Shown here: piece by piece, positions 1-11,139 of the stretch
Layout of the letters: each line of letters starts with the position of its first letter
Numbering within the stretch: position 1 is the stretch's first letter
NCBI RefSeq assembly: GCF_006345805.1
Contig: NC_043001.1
Span: forward strand, 15,438,001-15,502,000
Direction: 5' to 3'
DNA: 64,000 bases
Source of the DNA: Octopus sinensis
Taxonomy: Eukaryota
Program-made: the position numbers and the translations under genes
The notes under the pieces: generated by a model
Database searches by the model: none
What the model saw: the letters and a program-made list of their open reading frames with translations, nothing else
What the model was told of the DNA's origin: nothing

Positions 1-380
1 AATCAAAGGAAGCTTTGGTTGATAGAAGGAAGAATGTAGTTCTCATTGACAGGGGCAAAGTATACAGTAGTGTCTGCTGGAGCGTTGAGATTAGGCAAAC
101 CGCCAAGCAAAGGTAGCGAAAGTGGACACCCACGCACAGGTTTCTGTCACATTTTTGTAATGCAATATGAGCGGGTGATAAGTGTGGTGGTGACGAGAAA
201 TTATATTTGATCGGGAGGGTCAGCATAGGTTTGCTGGTCCTTACGACCATTTAACACCAAAAAACTATTTTGGAGCTTTGTTGCATTGCTGGCGTAGATT
301 GGCAATGCTGGACAGGAAACCAAGCTGTTATACTTATGATAGGAAAACCTCCTTTTGAGTGTTCTGCGATGGGGACCTAA

Positions 381-778
381 AAAAGAGAGAGAGGGGGGGA
401 GACAACGAAAGACAGGGGGAGAGAGAGGGGAGAGGAAGACGAAAAAGAGAGAGAGGGGAGACAAAGAAAGACAGGAGGGAGAGGGGAGAGGAAGAAGAAA
501 CAGAGAGAATGAGTGATAGAGAAGAGGGAAAGAGAGAGAAAGAGAGGACTAAAGAGAGGAGAGAAAGAGAGGAATAGAGAGTGAGGGGAGGGAGAGAGAG
601 GAGGGAAAGAGAGGGGAGAAAAGGGAGAGAAAGAGAGAGAATGAGTGACAGAGAGAGAAAGAGAGGAATAGAGAGAGTGAGGGGAGGGAGAGAGAGGAGG
701 GAAAGAGAGGAAGCGAGAGAAAGAGACAGTGAGAGAGTGAGTGAGGGAGCGAGAGAGAAAGAGAGAGAGAGAGAAAAG
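381..778. repeat. (GA)-rich polypurine low-complexity tract
   Basis: Near-continuous GA/GGA/GAAA repeats; source of ORFs 334-858, 359-577 and 549-800. Confidence 0.95.
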
Positions 779-1158
779 CTAACAGCAGCAACAACAGCAA
801 ATAGTGAAAGAGACTGCTTCGCCATCGATCCCAGAAATGGATGTGCTGAGGCTCCCATTTACCGCACCCCTCAGTATCACCCCTCCAGTTGAGAAGTTAG
901 GGAGCAGACAGGACTGAAAGGGAGTGACAGATTGCTGAAAAGTACCAAACAAAATGAAATGTAAGACAAAAAAAAAAAAACGCGCACAGAGAGAAAAGGA
1001 CGACGGTCGAGGGCAAAGGGTGTGTAAAACACACGAAGAAGAACCCCACCCTAAGGAGAATCTGATGGTCGTGTTAAGAACGAGCAATGTATCATTGAGA
1101 TCACAGCTGAGCTCATCTGAAGTTAATAATGATGACATTGTGTGTAGATAGATAGATA

Positions 1159-1318
1159 CGACGGGCTTCTTTCGGTTTCCGTATATCAAATCCGCTCACA
1201 AAGTTTTAGTCGGCCCGGGGCTATAGTAGAAGGCACATGCTCAATGTGTTACGCAGTGGAGACCGAACTCAAAACCACATGGTTGAGAAGCAAACTTCTT
1301 ACCACACAGCCACACCTG
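1159..1318 (-). mobile_element. SINE family A, 5' half (tRNA-like head plus CORE-like ccttgggcaagt segment)
   Basis: Reverse complement matches the head of the full copies at 17925-18330 and 36340-36750. Confidence 0.85.
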
Positions 1319-1699
1319 AGGAAAACCACATTAACTATTTTACCCGAGTACAAACCTGAAGCACCCAGATGACGTTGGCTACCTTTCGGTACAGTCAACC
1401 TCAAAAGATACCCGAAAACATCTTTGGATGCACCCAGTTTCAATTCAATGAGTAACAGTCAAGCTGTGTCGAGGGTAGCTCTGAAGTTACCGAACGGGTG
1501 GGTTCTCGGCCGTGTGTTGGTGGGTTAACCGATCCTTGTTTCACAATTTAAATTTACGCCTTTTAACTGTTCTATTTTTTATTTTCATCATTTTCTGTGT
1601 TTATAAATCTATATCAATTGATAATGGGTTCACTCCATAAAGTCCACTTCTTGTTTCCTTTCATGTAAATTTTGTCTTGTCTCAAGATTTTACTACTAC

Positions 1700-1731
1700 G
1701 GTTTTGTATGTATGTATGTATACATATATAC

Positions 1732-1828
<97 letters not shown>

Positions 1829-1833
1829 ATATC

Positions 1834-1913
<80 letters not shown>

Positions 1914-1925
1914 TACATATATACG
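1700..1925. repeat. Compound (ATGT)/(TA)n/(GATA)n microsatellite
   Basis: Directly visible. Confidence 0.97.
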
Positions 1926-2143
1926 CAGTTATAGAACAACCATGATATAGTGTCAAAAAAAACGTTACCGTCCAGTATTGTTCCTACTTATATCTCCGTT
2001 AGAAGTTTTAGAACTAGCTTCTTTCCTCCTTACGAGAACAGTGACTGTCTGCCGCGTCTCTGCTTATATGTTGTGAGTAGGGGCGATATGTCCAGTACCG
2101 ATGAAGGGTACTGGACATTTTATATATATATATAATATATATA

Positions 2144-2189
<46 letters not shown>

Positions 2190-2195
<6 letters not shown>

Positions 2196-2576
2196 ATATA
2201 TATAACTGAAGTTGTCTGTGTATGGAAGGTTTGGTAGCCTTCAACTAACACTATCTCCTCCAAGACCCTGCGGCGCAAGTTGACCAAAGTTGAGAGTATG
2301 ATAGAAGAAGGCTTGCTCTTTCTTCCGTAGTAGAAAATTCAAATCGGACCATGTTAACACCAAATATTATTTATAAAAAAGGTGCTTTTTTTCTATGAAA
2401 ATCCCTATTTTTTACGATATTTTGACTGCTATGTCGCCATTTATTGGTGTATTTCAACCAGAAAAATGTTCACTTAAAGAGAATAACAAGCTACATAGTG
2501 CACAATTTTTACTTTTCTAAAATTCCAATTCTAAAGGGTCGAAACAAACCCGAGCAACGCCGGGCGATACTGCTAG
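2190..2576 (+). mobile_element. Non-autonomous Helitron
   Basis: 3' end cccgagcaacgccggg hairpin + gcgatactgCTAG|T identical to the copy at 33881-34276; 5' end merges into (TA)n so the start is approximate. Confidence 0.75.
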
Positions 2577-2608
2577 TATATATATAAATCAAATATATCT
2601 ATAAAAAA

Positions 2609-2834
2609 ATCAAACATCCGGTCAACATCTTGATGTTTGGAGCGAGTGATCACTAGTCATGGTGCCATTATGCTTCCATTCATATTCCCATACAGCCTCA
2701 GACTCAACACGGAGGCCTACATTAAGTTTCCGGAGAAGGTAGTGCTGCCCTGAGTCAAGAGGGTAGCTGCTGGAAGACCCAATATCTGGCAACAAAACTC
2801 AGGACCATGCCACACAAGCAAGAGAACCCAGTCA
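2609..2834 (+). pseudogene. Tc1/mariner DDE transposase fragment (catalytic region)
   Basis: Translates, with one frameshift and one stop, to IKHPVNILMFG-VITSHGAIMLPFIFPYSLRLNTEAYIKFPEKVVLP*VKRVAAGRPNIWQQNSGPCHTSKRTQS, matching the Tc1-type WQQD-AP-HTS motif. Confidence 0.8.
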
Positions 2835-3090
2835 AAGCGGTACCCCGGCATGGCCACAGTCTAATGTCTAAAAAACGTAAAAGATAGAAAAGATCATTGT
2901 CACGTTAACGAAGATTGTGTTTGGAGATTTACTTGTGCCACAGCACTGGCAACAACCTTAGTTTTTATCAAGGTCCCTCACTCATTTGCGGTTAGGTGGA
3001 GTAAAAACAGAAATTAATTGACATTCAGAAGAGAATTGCAACAAAGAGATCTATCAACCGTCCCTACTTGAATAATTCATTTATAAAAGA

Positions 3091-3458
3091 CTAGCAGTAT
3101 CGCCCGGTGTTGCTCGGGTTTGTAAGGGAAATAACTATAAAGCATTTTTAGAGAGTTATAGCCAAAAAATGGAAAAAAAAATGATGGTAAATTTTTTTTA
3201 GTTAAAAAGGTCGAGTTGCGTCCCCTAGACAGTCTGTGGTTTGTGTTTCTGATTCTCGACCTCATGTCGAATTTATCGATTTTTTTTCAGAACTGGGGGA
3301 ACTTTTCAAAATTTTAGCTGCGTTAGTTTTGAATTATGACATTGGGCTATGTGTGTGTCACGTTTCATCAGAATCGGTTGAAAGCCGTGGTCAGGGTGAG
3401 GGTACAACCTAACAGACACACAGACACACACACAGACAAACTGCCGTTTATATATAGA
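3091..3458 (-). mobile_element. Non-autonomous Helitron
   Basis: On the minus strand A|TCtatatataaac...hairpin...CTAG|T; shares the 3' ~100 bp with 53780-54165. Confidence 0.8.
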
Positions 3459-3961
3459 TTCGTGAAAAATCAACCGTTCTGCTTCAGTCAGTAATTTTTG
3501 TGTTGACAATAGGGAGCGTTTGAACATATGAAGTTAATAATGTCTATACCATATTTCTTATCAAAGGGGTGCCTCTTCCTGGAAGAACATTCCTTCAGAC
3601 TGTCTTCTTACTTACACACTGAAAGCGATAGAATTATGGTAAAAGGGAATGTTAAAAGGCGGTGGAGTGGGAGAATCATTAAGGCTTTCGGATGAACTAA
3701 CTTGCAGTATTTATTGTGGTCTCTTACATTCAGAGTTCAAATTCCGCCGAGGTCAACTTTGCCTTTCATTCTTAGCATAAAGTACCAGCTGTGTGGTTTA
3801 TCCAAGACGAATGAAACTCTTACTCCCATCGGCCAAAAATATTCCTTTAGGTCAATGGTTCTCAACCGGGGTCCATATAAAATTTTTGGGGGTCCATGTA
3901 ACAAAATAGTAAATTAAGGATCCACTATAATATTTTAAGGGCTTTAGATGTATACTCTTAC

Positions 3962-4193
3962 TCTTTACTCTTTTACTTGTTTCAGTCATTTGACTGCGGC
4001 CATACTGGAGCACCGCCTTTTAGTCGAGCAAATCGACCCCAGGACTTATTCTTTGTAAGCCTAGTACTTATTCTGTCGGACCCTTTTGCCGAACCGCTAA
4101 GTTACGGGGACGTAAACACACCAGCATCGGTTGTCAAGCGATGTTGGGGGGAAAAACACAGACACACAAACATATATATATACACAGATACAT

Positions 4194-4249
<56 letters not shown>

Positions 4250-4358
4250 GACGGGCTTCTTTCAGTTTCTGTCTACCAAATCCACTCATAAGGCTTTGGT
4301 CGGCCCGAGGCTATAGTTGAAGACACTTGCCTAAAGTGCCACACAACCACTCCTACGC
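3962..4358 (-). mobile_element. SINE family A, full length
   Basis: Head ggcgtaggagtgg, internal (TA)/(CA) tract, tail ...ccagtatggccgcagtcaaatgactgaaac(aagtaaaagag)n. Confidence 0.9.
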
Positions 4359-4749
4359 CAAAAAGGACGAACAAACTTAAACGATTTTCGAACCTTATCG
4401 TGTTCTCATCAGATACGTCCTCATCATTCTGACAGTCTCCGCAAAACCCGATGCTTTAAGGAATAAAAGTCTTGCAGTGGGAAAGGAGAAGCTATTAATA
4501 TCGCACTGAAGGAGTTTGTGCTGTGCTTATTAGATTCGGCCTTGAAACGGTCGATGATCTTTAAATCGTTATTGCATAGACATGAGTGAAGTACTTTTTT
4601 CATATTTAGAATGACCTTATCTGGCCATTACTGATTTTTATCTCTGTCCGTTTCTCTGGGGGTAAATAAGTTTAATTGAGAATTTTTGGTTGTAGCTATC
4701 CTTGTGTCCCTTAGAAAGGAGAAAAAAATGTTGAGAGGATTTATGTGTG

Positions 4750-4788
<39 letters not shown>

Positions 4789-5084
4789 CACACGTGCGTG
4801 TGTTATATACATTATATGTATTATATATATACATATACTCAGGCACATACATACACACATACATGTATTTATTAAGGCAAGACTGGTTACATTGAATGAA
4901 TCTTCTCTGAGTATTTTCTAAGTAGGGAGAGAGAAACTGGAAGATGGCACTTCCCCATGCTTTGGGTATGGCAGAAAAATCCGGGATTTTTGCGTGGGGT
5001 TTATCCCGAATTTTTCTAAGTGGACAGCCCCGCTAATGAGGATTCTATTTATTTATTCAATTATTTCTCTAACTTCTGTTTATA

Positions 5085-5891
5085 CAGAGTGTTCAAAAAG
5101 TCTCTCCGCGGTGAATTTTTCATCATCCTGCGCATGCGCAACTTGGCTATCACTGCGTGAGCGGCCGGGTGTCAGCCATTGTCCCTCAGTCATTGTGTAC
5201 CCTTCAGCGTGTCGACACGCTAACCATTGAAGAACGTACGTTTTTAGTTGAATGGTAGTTTCGAGCTGGAAACAAATACACAGAAAATGTGAAACAGGAG
5301 TTCAGTGAAACTTTCCCAAATGCTGTTTGTTCCACATCGTGACACTCTGTGCGGGATTTGATTAGAACATTTAGAAACACAGATTCAGTGGAAGATGCAG
5401 CAAGAAGCGGTAGGCCTACTGTTCTTTCAGACGAAACACTCTCCAATATTTCTGATAAACTGTTGGCAAGCCCGTCAAAGTCCTTACGCAAATTGTCACT
5501 ATCTATCTATCCGCTCAGTCGATGTCGACTCTCGGTCACTCGTTGGATTAGTGTCCTCCAGTCAGTTCTGTCCTGGGCCGCTTCTTTCAGATTGGCCATG
5601 TCCATTCCAGTATCACTCTTGATGGTGTTAAGCCAGCGGGTTCTTGGTCGGCCTCTTCCTCTCTTGCCACTGACCATTCCGAGCACAGGAAACGGAAATC
5701 AGCCTAGGAAGTGCTCACACAGCAGTAAAAAAGAAATTAAATTTTATGTATTGAAAATGAAAGACGACACTTTCAAGACCTCTTATAAAGTTTTTTAAAG
5801 TCTTGTAAAGTCTAATATATTCTTTTGTAGTCTTATAAATATTTATTTTGCAATAAAATACTTACTGCGGAGAGACTTTTTGAACACCCTC
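5085..5891 (+). mobile_element. Internally deleted Tc1/mariner-superfamily element with N-terminal HTH (DUF4817-like)
   Basis: TIRs cagagtgttcaaaaagtctctccgc / gcggagagactttttgaacaccctc, TA on both sides; protein remnant LTIEERTFLVE...RDLIRTFRNTDSVEDAARSGRPTVLSDE...SPSKSLRKLS. Confidence 0.85.
5500..5683 (-). mobile_element. RTE-clade LINE 3' end, nested in the Tc1-like element
   Basis: Minus strand GMVSGKRGRGRPRTRWLNTIKSDTGMDMANLKEAAQDRTDWRTLIQRVTESRHRLSG* followed by an (ATAG)n tail; typical RTE C-terminus. Confidence 0.85.
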
Positions 5892-6166
5892 TATATCGTT
5901 TGTGATATTATCTCGTGTCGTAGTGTCTCACTTTCATCGATGTAAACTCCACCTGTTTTGTTTGTTGTTTCTCATCCTTTGATACTGTTCTCCATATTTT
6001 GGGCCGTTGTGGCCAATAAAAGAAGTCATTATTCTCATCATTATTATTATTAAAGTGGCACATGTATGTCACCACCCCACTTATGAATACCACCCCCCAT
6101 TAATTGGACAATAAACTTTGCTTGCGAAGACCTATTGAGGCAAGTGAAATCAAAATCAAAATCGCT

Positions 6167-6642
6167 GATGTGGCCGATGACTGTACCGCCTGATTGGCAC
6201 TCGTGCCAGCGGAATGTTAAAAGCACATCCGAGCGTGATCGTTGCCTGGACCACGGATTGGCTCCAGTGCCGATGGCACGTAAAAAGCACCATTCGAGTA
6301 TGATCGTTGCCAGCGTCGCCTTACCGGCACATGTGCCGGTGGAACGTGAAAAACAACGTTCGAGCGTGGTCGTTGCCAGTGCCGTAAAAAACACCTTTTG
6401 AGCGTGGTCGTTGCCAGAACCGCCTGACTGGCCTTCGTGCCGGTGGCACGTAAAAGCATCCACTACACTTGGCGTTTAGGAAGGGCATCCAGCTGTAGAA
6501 ACTTTGCCAGATCAGATTGAGCCTAGTGCAGCCTTCTGGCTCACCAGTCCTCATTCAAATCGTCCAACCCATGCAAGCATGGAAAGCGGACGTTAAACGG
6601 CGACGACGACGACGACGACGACGATGATGATGATGATGATGA
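6167..6642 (+). mobile_element. SINE family E with internal tandem subrepeat and (GAT)n tail
   Basis: Tail aggaagggcatccagctgtagaaac...ccaacccatgc...ggacgttaaacg(gat)n shared with 44628-44907. Confidence 0.8.
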
Positions 6643-7021
6643 TGGCACTGTGTCAGAATCATTAGCGCGTCGACGGCGTTTCATTTGATTCAATACGGTT
6701 CTGAATCAAATTCTGACGAGATCGACTTTACTTTCCATCCTTTCGGAATCGATAACATAAATACCAGTTGAGAACTGGGGTCAATGGAATCAGATTAACC
6801 CTTTTCTCCTAAATTACTGGCTCCGAGCCAAAATTTAAAACCAATATTGAATATTATTTATGAAAGCAAGTTGCTTTGGGTGCGATTTGAACCAGAACAC
6901 AACGGTCGCTATTCGATGTTCTAACGACCCAGCCAATTTGTTACCTTTTAAATGTTTTGATAGTGGCTGAACTCTATCTCTGCAAGTGTAAACTGCAATT
7001 TTTGCGCTCGTGTGGAACCAC

Positions 7022-7177
7022 TGTGTGTGTGGTGTGTGTGTGTGTGTGTGTCTGTGTGTCTGTGTGTGTGTCTGTGTGTCGTGTGGTGTTGTGTGTGTGT
7101 GTGTGTGTGTTTGTGTGGTGAGTGTGTGTGTGTGTTGTGTGTGTTGTGTGTGTGTGGTTTGTGTGTGTGTATGTTTG

Positions 7178-7208
<31 letters not shown>

Positions 7209-7235
7209 TTGTGTGTGTGTGTTGTGTGTGTGTGT

Positions 7236-7270
<35 letters not shown>
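7022..7270. repeat. Imperfect (GT)n microsatellite
   Basis: Directly visible. Confidence 0.97.
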
Positions 7271-7271
<1 letters not shown>

Positions 7272-7675
7272 ATGCATACATATGTATGTATTATTCTCTC
7301 CTTTTCTTTTCAGACTCCTCTTCCGTTCTTTTAATGGTTTCCATATTTGGCACAGGGTGGACTTCTAACCCCTCGATGGTCCCTCTGCGGGTACCGTTTT
7401 CGACTAAAGATTTAGCAAACAATAACTACTTCTTTGGGAAAGTCTTGTAAACAGCATTTCAGGTAAACGTCTGTTTTATTGGGTTATGGTTGTGGTTTCT
7501 CAGCTTGAGTCCACAAACGGAATATTTAATAATTCCGGCAAGTGGAGCCTTTAGGAATACACTTGTGTATCTAACAAAACACAGCGGCATCGCATTTGGC
7601 CGAAGACTCAAAGAAAAACGGTGCTGCTTTAGATTCTGTAATAAAGTTGGAAATTCAACTTGACAGCTTGACATC

Positions 7676-8290
7676 TGTGTGTGTGTGTGTGTGTGTATGT
7701 GTGTGTGTGCATGTTTATGAGTGTGTGTGTGTATGTGTGTGTGTGTGTGTGTGTGCGCATGCGTTTGCAAGTGTGTGTGTGTGTTTGCGTGCTTATGAGT
7801 GTGTGTGTGCATGTGAGTATGTATGTGTGTGTGCGTGTGCATGTTTATGAGTGAGTGTGTGTGTATGTGTGTGTGTGTGTGCGCATGTGTTTGCAAGTGT
7901 ATGTGTGTGTTTGCGTGCTTATGAGTGTGTGTGCATGTGTCTGTGTGTGTATGTGTGCTTGCGTGTTTATGGCTGCGTGTGCATGTGTTTGCCCGTTTGT
8001 GAGTATGTATGTGTGCGTGCGTGTGTGTTCACCTGTTTATGAGTGTGTGTTCACATGTTTCCCCTTTTTTGTGTGTATGTATGTGCGTGTGTGTGTGTGC
8101 TTGCATGTTAATGAGTATGTGTGTATGTATGTGTGTGTGCGTGTGTTTGTGAACGTGTTTCCGTATTTGTGTATGCATTTCCATGAGTGTGTTTCTACGC
8201 CAGTGTGAGCGCGCGCGCGTATGTATGCACGTGTGTGTGTGTATGCACGTGTGTGTGTGTATGCACGTGTGTGTGTGCGTGCGTGTGTTT
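7676..8290. repeat. (GT)-derived degenerate higher-order repeat
   Basis: Recurrent gtgtgtgcatgtttatgagtgtg units. Confidence 0.9.
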
Positions 8291-8852
8291 GTTTGTTTTG
8301 GCAGTGTTTTGATGTTCCTCGCCAGTCTCACTTGAAGAGGAATAAAATAGCAAGCGGCGGGGTTGTAGGAATGATAAGAGAGTTCTGGGTTTCAAGACGG
8401 GTGTTAAAAGGTGCAGAAGAGAGCCAGAAGAGCAGACATTTGTTGAACAGGTGGATAGTCTAGTTCTTGGAATGATTGACAATATTCCTTATATTCCTTA
8501 TATTCCCTTCACAGCGCCAGATTTACACGAGATAGGGACGGAACACAACTGTTTAATGTTCATCTCTGAATATTTTACAAAGTCAGCTAAGCGGAATTGG
8601 TATAGCCCGTGTGTAAATATAACAATGTGGTTAAAGAAAGGAAAATATTTCACAACCATGGGGCTTCGTGTTTGATCCTATTGCGTGGCACCTCTTGAAA
8701 ATAAGTATCTTATACCAGAGACTCTTTGGTTAGACTAAAGCCTTGCGAGTGAAATCCTGTTAAGGAAGCTCATCAAATCTATCAATATGTGAATGTGTAC
8801 ACACACACACAAACACCCTACATGTATGTGTGTGTGTGAGTGTATATATATA

Positions 8853-9232
8853 TAGGCTCGGAATTTACATTCCAGCAAGGACAAAAATTCTCAATTAAGA
8901 CCAACTTCACATGTGCTTTCCAGAACCTTATCTATGTCCTAACCTGCTCAGGTTATGGTCACAATTATGTGGGCCAAACGAGCCTTACTTTGAGACGCAG
9001 AGTCACGCTGCATAAAGAGCAGATTTGTTTCCCTCAATACAGGCAGAAAGCACCGAGAGACCATATCGACAGATGCACAAGTAATAAAACGCCGAATTTT
9101 AGTATCTTCCCATTATACCAATGCAAAGATTCAATCTCAGTACTAGAACACCTAAAGAAGGAAAACCTTTTCATACAAAGTACAGACCACACCTCAATAT
9201 ACAAATTTGATCATTTAAAAAAATTATACTAA
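8853..9232 (+). pseudogene. Penelope-like retroelement GIY-YIG endonuclease, 5'-truncated
   Basis: FSIKTNFTCAFQNLIYVLTCSGYGHNYVGQTSLTLRRRVTLH: IY..YVGQT..LR.R..H GIY-YIG signature with the upstream Cys pattern of Neptune/Naiad-type PLEs; starts directly after (TA)n. Confidence 0.85.
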
Positions 9233-9350
9233 GGAGCCAGTTGTCCCCCACCCCTGTCACTTGTTACTTCCCTTGTTTCACTCACTAGACTCATTCCTAC
9301 TTATTTTTCAAACATACCCCTCTGTCACGAGAACTGATTACTGTACAATG

Positions 9351-9390
9351 TCCCTTGAAAGGCTAATTTAATTAGCGAAAGCCGGTTGGA
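9351..9390 (+). ncRNA. Degenerate minimal hammerhead ribozyme in the PLE 3' region
   Basis: tcc-cttgaaag-gctaa/ttagc-GAAA-gccggt-t-gga: helix I and II arms and near-palindromic helix III present, core CUGANGA mutated. Confidence 0.45.
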
Positions 9391-9499
9391 TTTCACGACA
9401 TGCATATAATATGTATATATTTATAAAAAGATATTAAACTATATGAAACGAAGGCATTTCTCTTCCACTTTTTATATATTTTTTCGACATATTTTCAGC

Positions 9500-9540
<41 letters not shown>

Positions 9541-9770
9541 GCGCAGGAGTGGCTGTGTGGTAAGTAGCTTGCTTAGGAACCACATGGTTCCGGATTCAGT
9601 CCGACTGCGTGACACCTTGGGCAAGTGTCTTCGACTATACCCTCGAGTCGACCAAATATAATATAATAAATGCGAAAACTAATTTATGTGTATTAATGTG
9701 TCACACTTCGATCCCCTTTCTCACTATTGAATGACACTTCTACTATTTGGGATGACCAAACGGAAACTGA

Positions 9771-9827
9771 AAGATAGCCGAAGAGATGGATTTCCACTTC
9801 GGCATCCGAAACTCAGAGTTTTATCTT
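9771..9827 (+). ncRNA. Minimal type I hammerhead ribozyme (CCGAAGA variant)
   Basis: aagatag-CCGAAGA-gatg..catc(c)-GAAA-ctcagag-TT-ttatctt: 7-bp helix I including one G-U, helix III ACTC-A-GAGT as at 35548. Confidence 0.65.
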
Positions 9828-10018
9828 CGCTATTGAATAATTGTCACATATTATTTTACAGATAAATTTCCTCTATTTACATAATATTAAGGTCTCTTTC
9901 TTTCTTTTGTTATCTTACCGTTTTTACCAATATATATATATACATATATATACATATATATATATACATATATATACATATATATATATATACATACATA
10001 TATATATATATTATATAT

Positions 10019-10074
<56 letters not shown>

Positions 10075-10509
10075 ATTGTGTGTGTATGTGTGGTTTGCGT
10101 TTATCACCCACTATCGCTTGATAACCGATGCTGGTGTGTTTACGGCCCCGTAACTTAGCGATTCGGCAAAAGATACCGATAGAATAAGTACTAGGCTTAC
10201 AAAGAATAAGTCCTGGGGTCGATTTGCTCGGCTAAAGACGTTGCTCCAGCATGGTTGCAGTCAAATGACTGAAACAAGTAAAAGAATAAAGGAATATATA
10301 TCTCAATATATATGTATATATATATATCAATATACATATATAAATATATACAGATGAATGTATGTGTGTGTGCTTATATATATGCATGTATGTATGTATG
10401 TATGTATATGTGTGTGTGTGTGTATATATATATATACGTATATATATATATGAATATATATTCTATATATATGCATATATACATACATGTATATATATAT
10501 ACATACATG

Positions 10510-10559
<50 letters not shown>

Positions 10560-11139
10560 ATACATGTGTGTGTGTATATATATACATATATATAAAGAGA
10601 CACACACATATTTACATATATACATGTTTATATGTATGTGTAAATGTGCATATATGCAAATAGGCTCACATGTAAATGGATGTATGCATAAGAGTGTATA
10701 TATATATATATGCATACGTAAATTCATGTATATATAAATACACATGTATGTATTTATGTATGTATGTATGCGTGCAGAGAGAGACTGAGAAATGTTTGGA
10801 AAGAGGGAGATAGATAGAATGACAGATAGCGAGAGTGTGAGAGAGGGTGCCAGTAAAAAGGTGAGAGAGAAAGAGAGAGAGGGGGACAGAGAGAGAGAGA
10901 GAGGCGTTGATAAAACTTAGACATATTTCAGATAAAATTTGCACTTAAACGTTACACATAAGCCAAGGACACATATGCTACACATACGCGTATATCCAGT
11001 ACATATACCCACATCCCCAATAACATGCACCGCACGAACCAAAGAAGGAGCCTCCGCGTAATCACTTCTACCACTAGAAGTAGCAGCAAATTCTTTCAGT
11101 CACAGTCATTGATTTATATTCTTTTCTACTCTAGGCACA

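Noticed and set aside
779-1151. Protein-like stretches QQQQQQIVKETASPSIPEMDVLRLPF... and KTHEEEPHPKENLMVV...
   Set aside because: Short, no recognisable family, no convincing splice sites.
8350-8675. ~110-codon open frame (RCRREPEEQTFVEQVDSLVLGMIDNIPY...)
   Set aside because: No recognisable motif or splice signals; length is within chance expectation.
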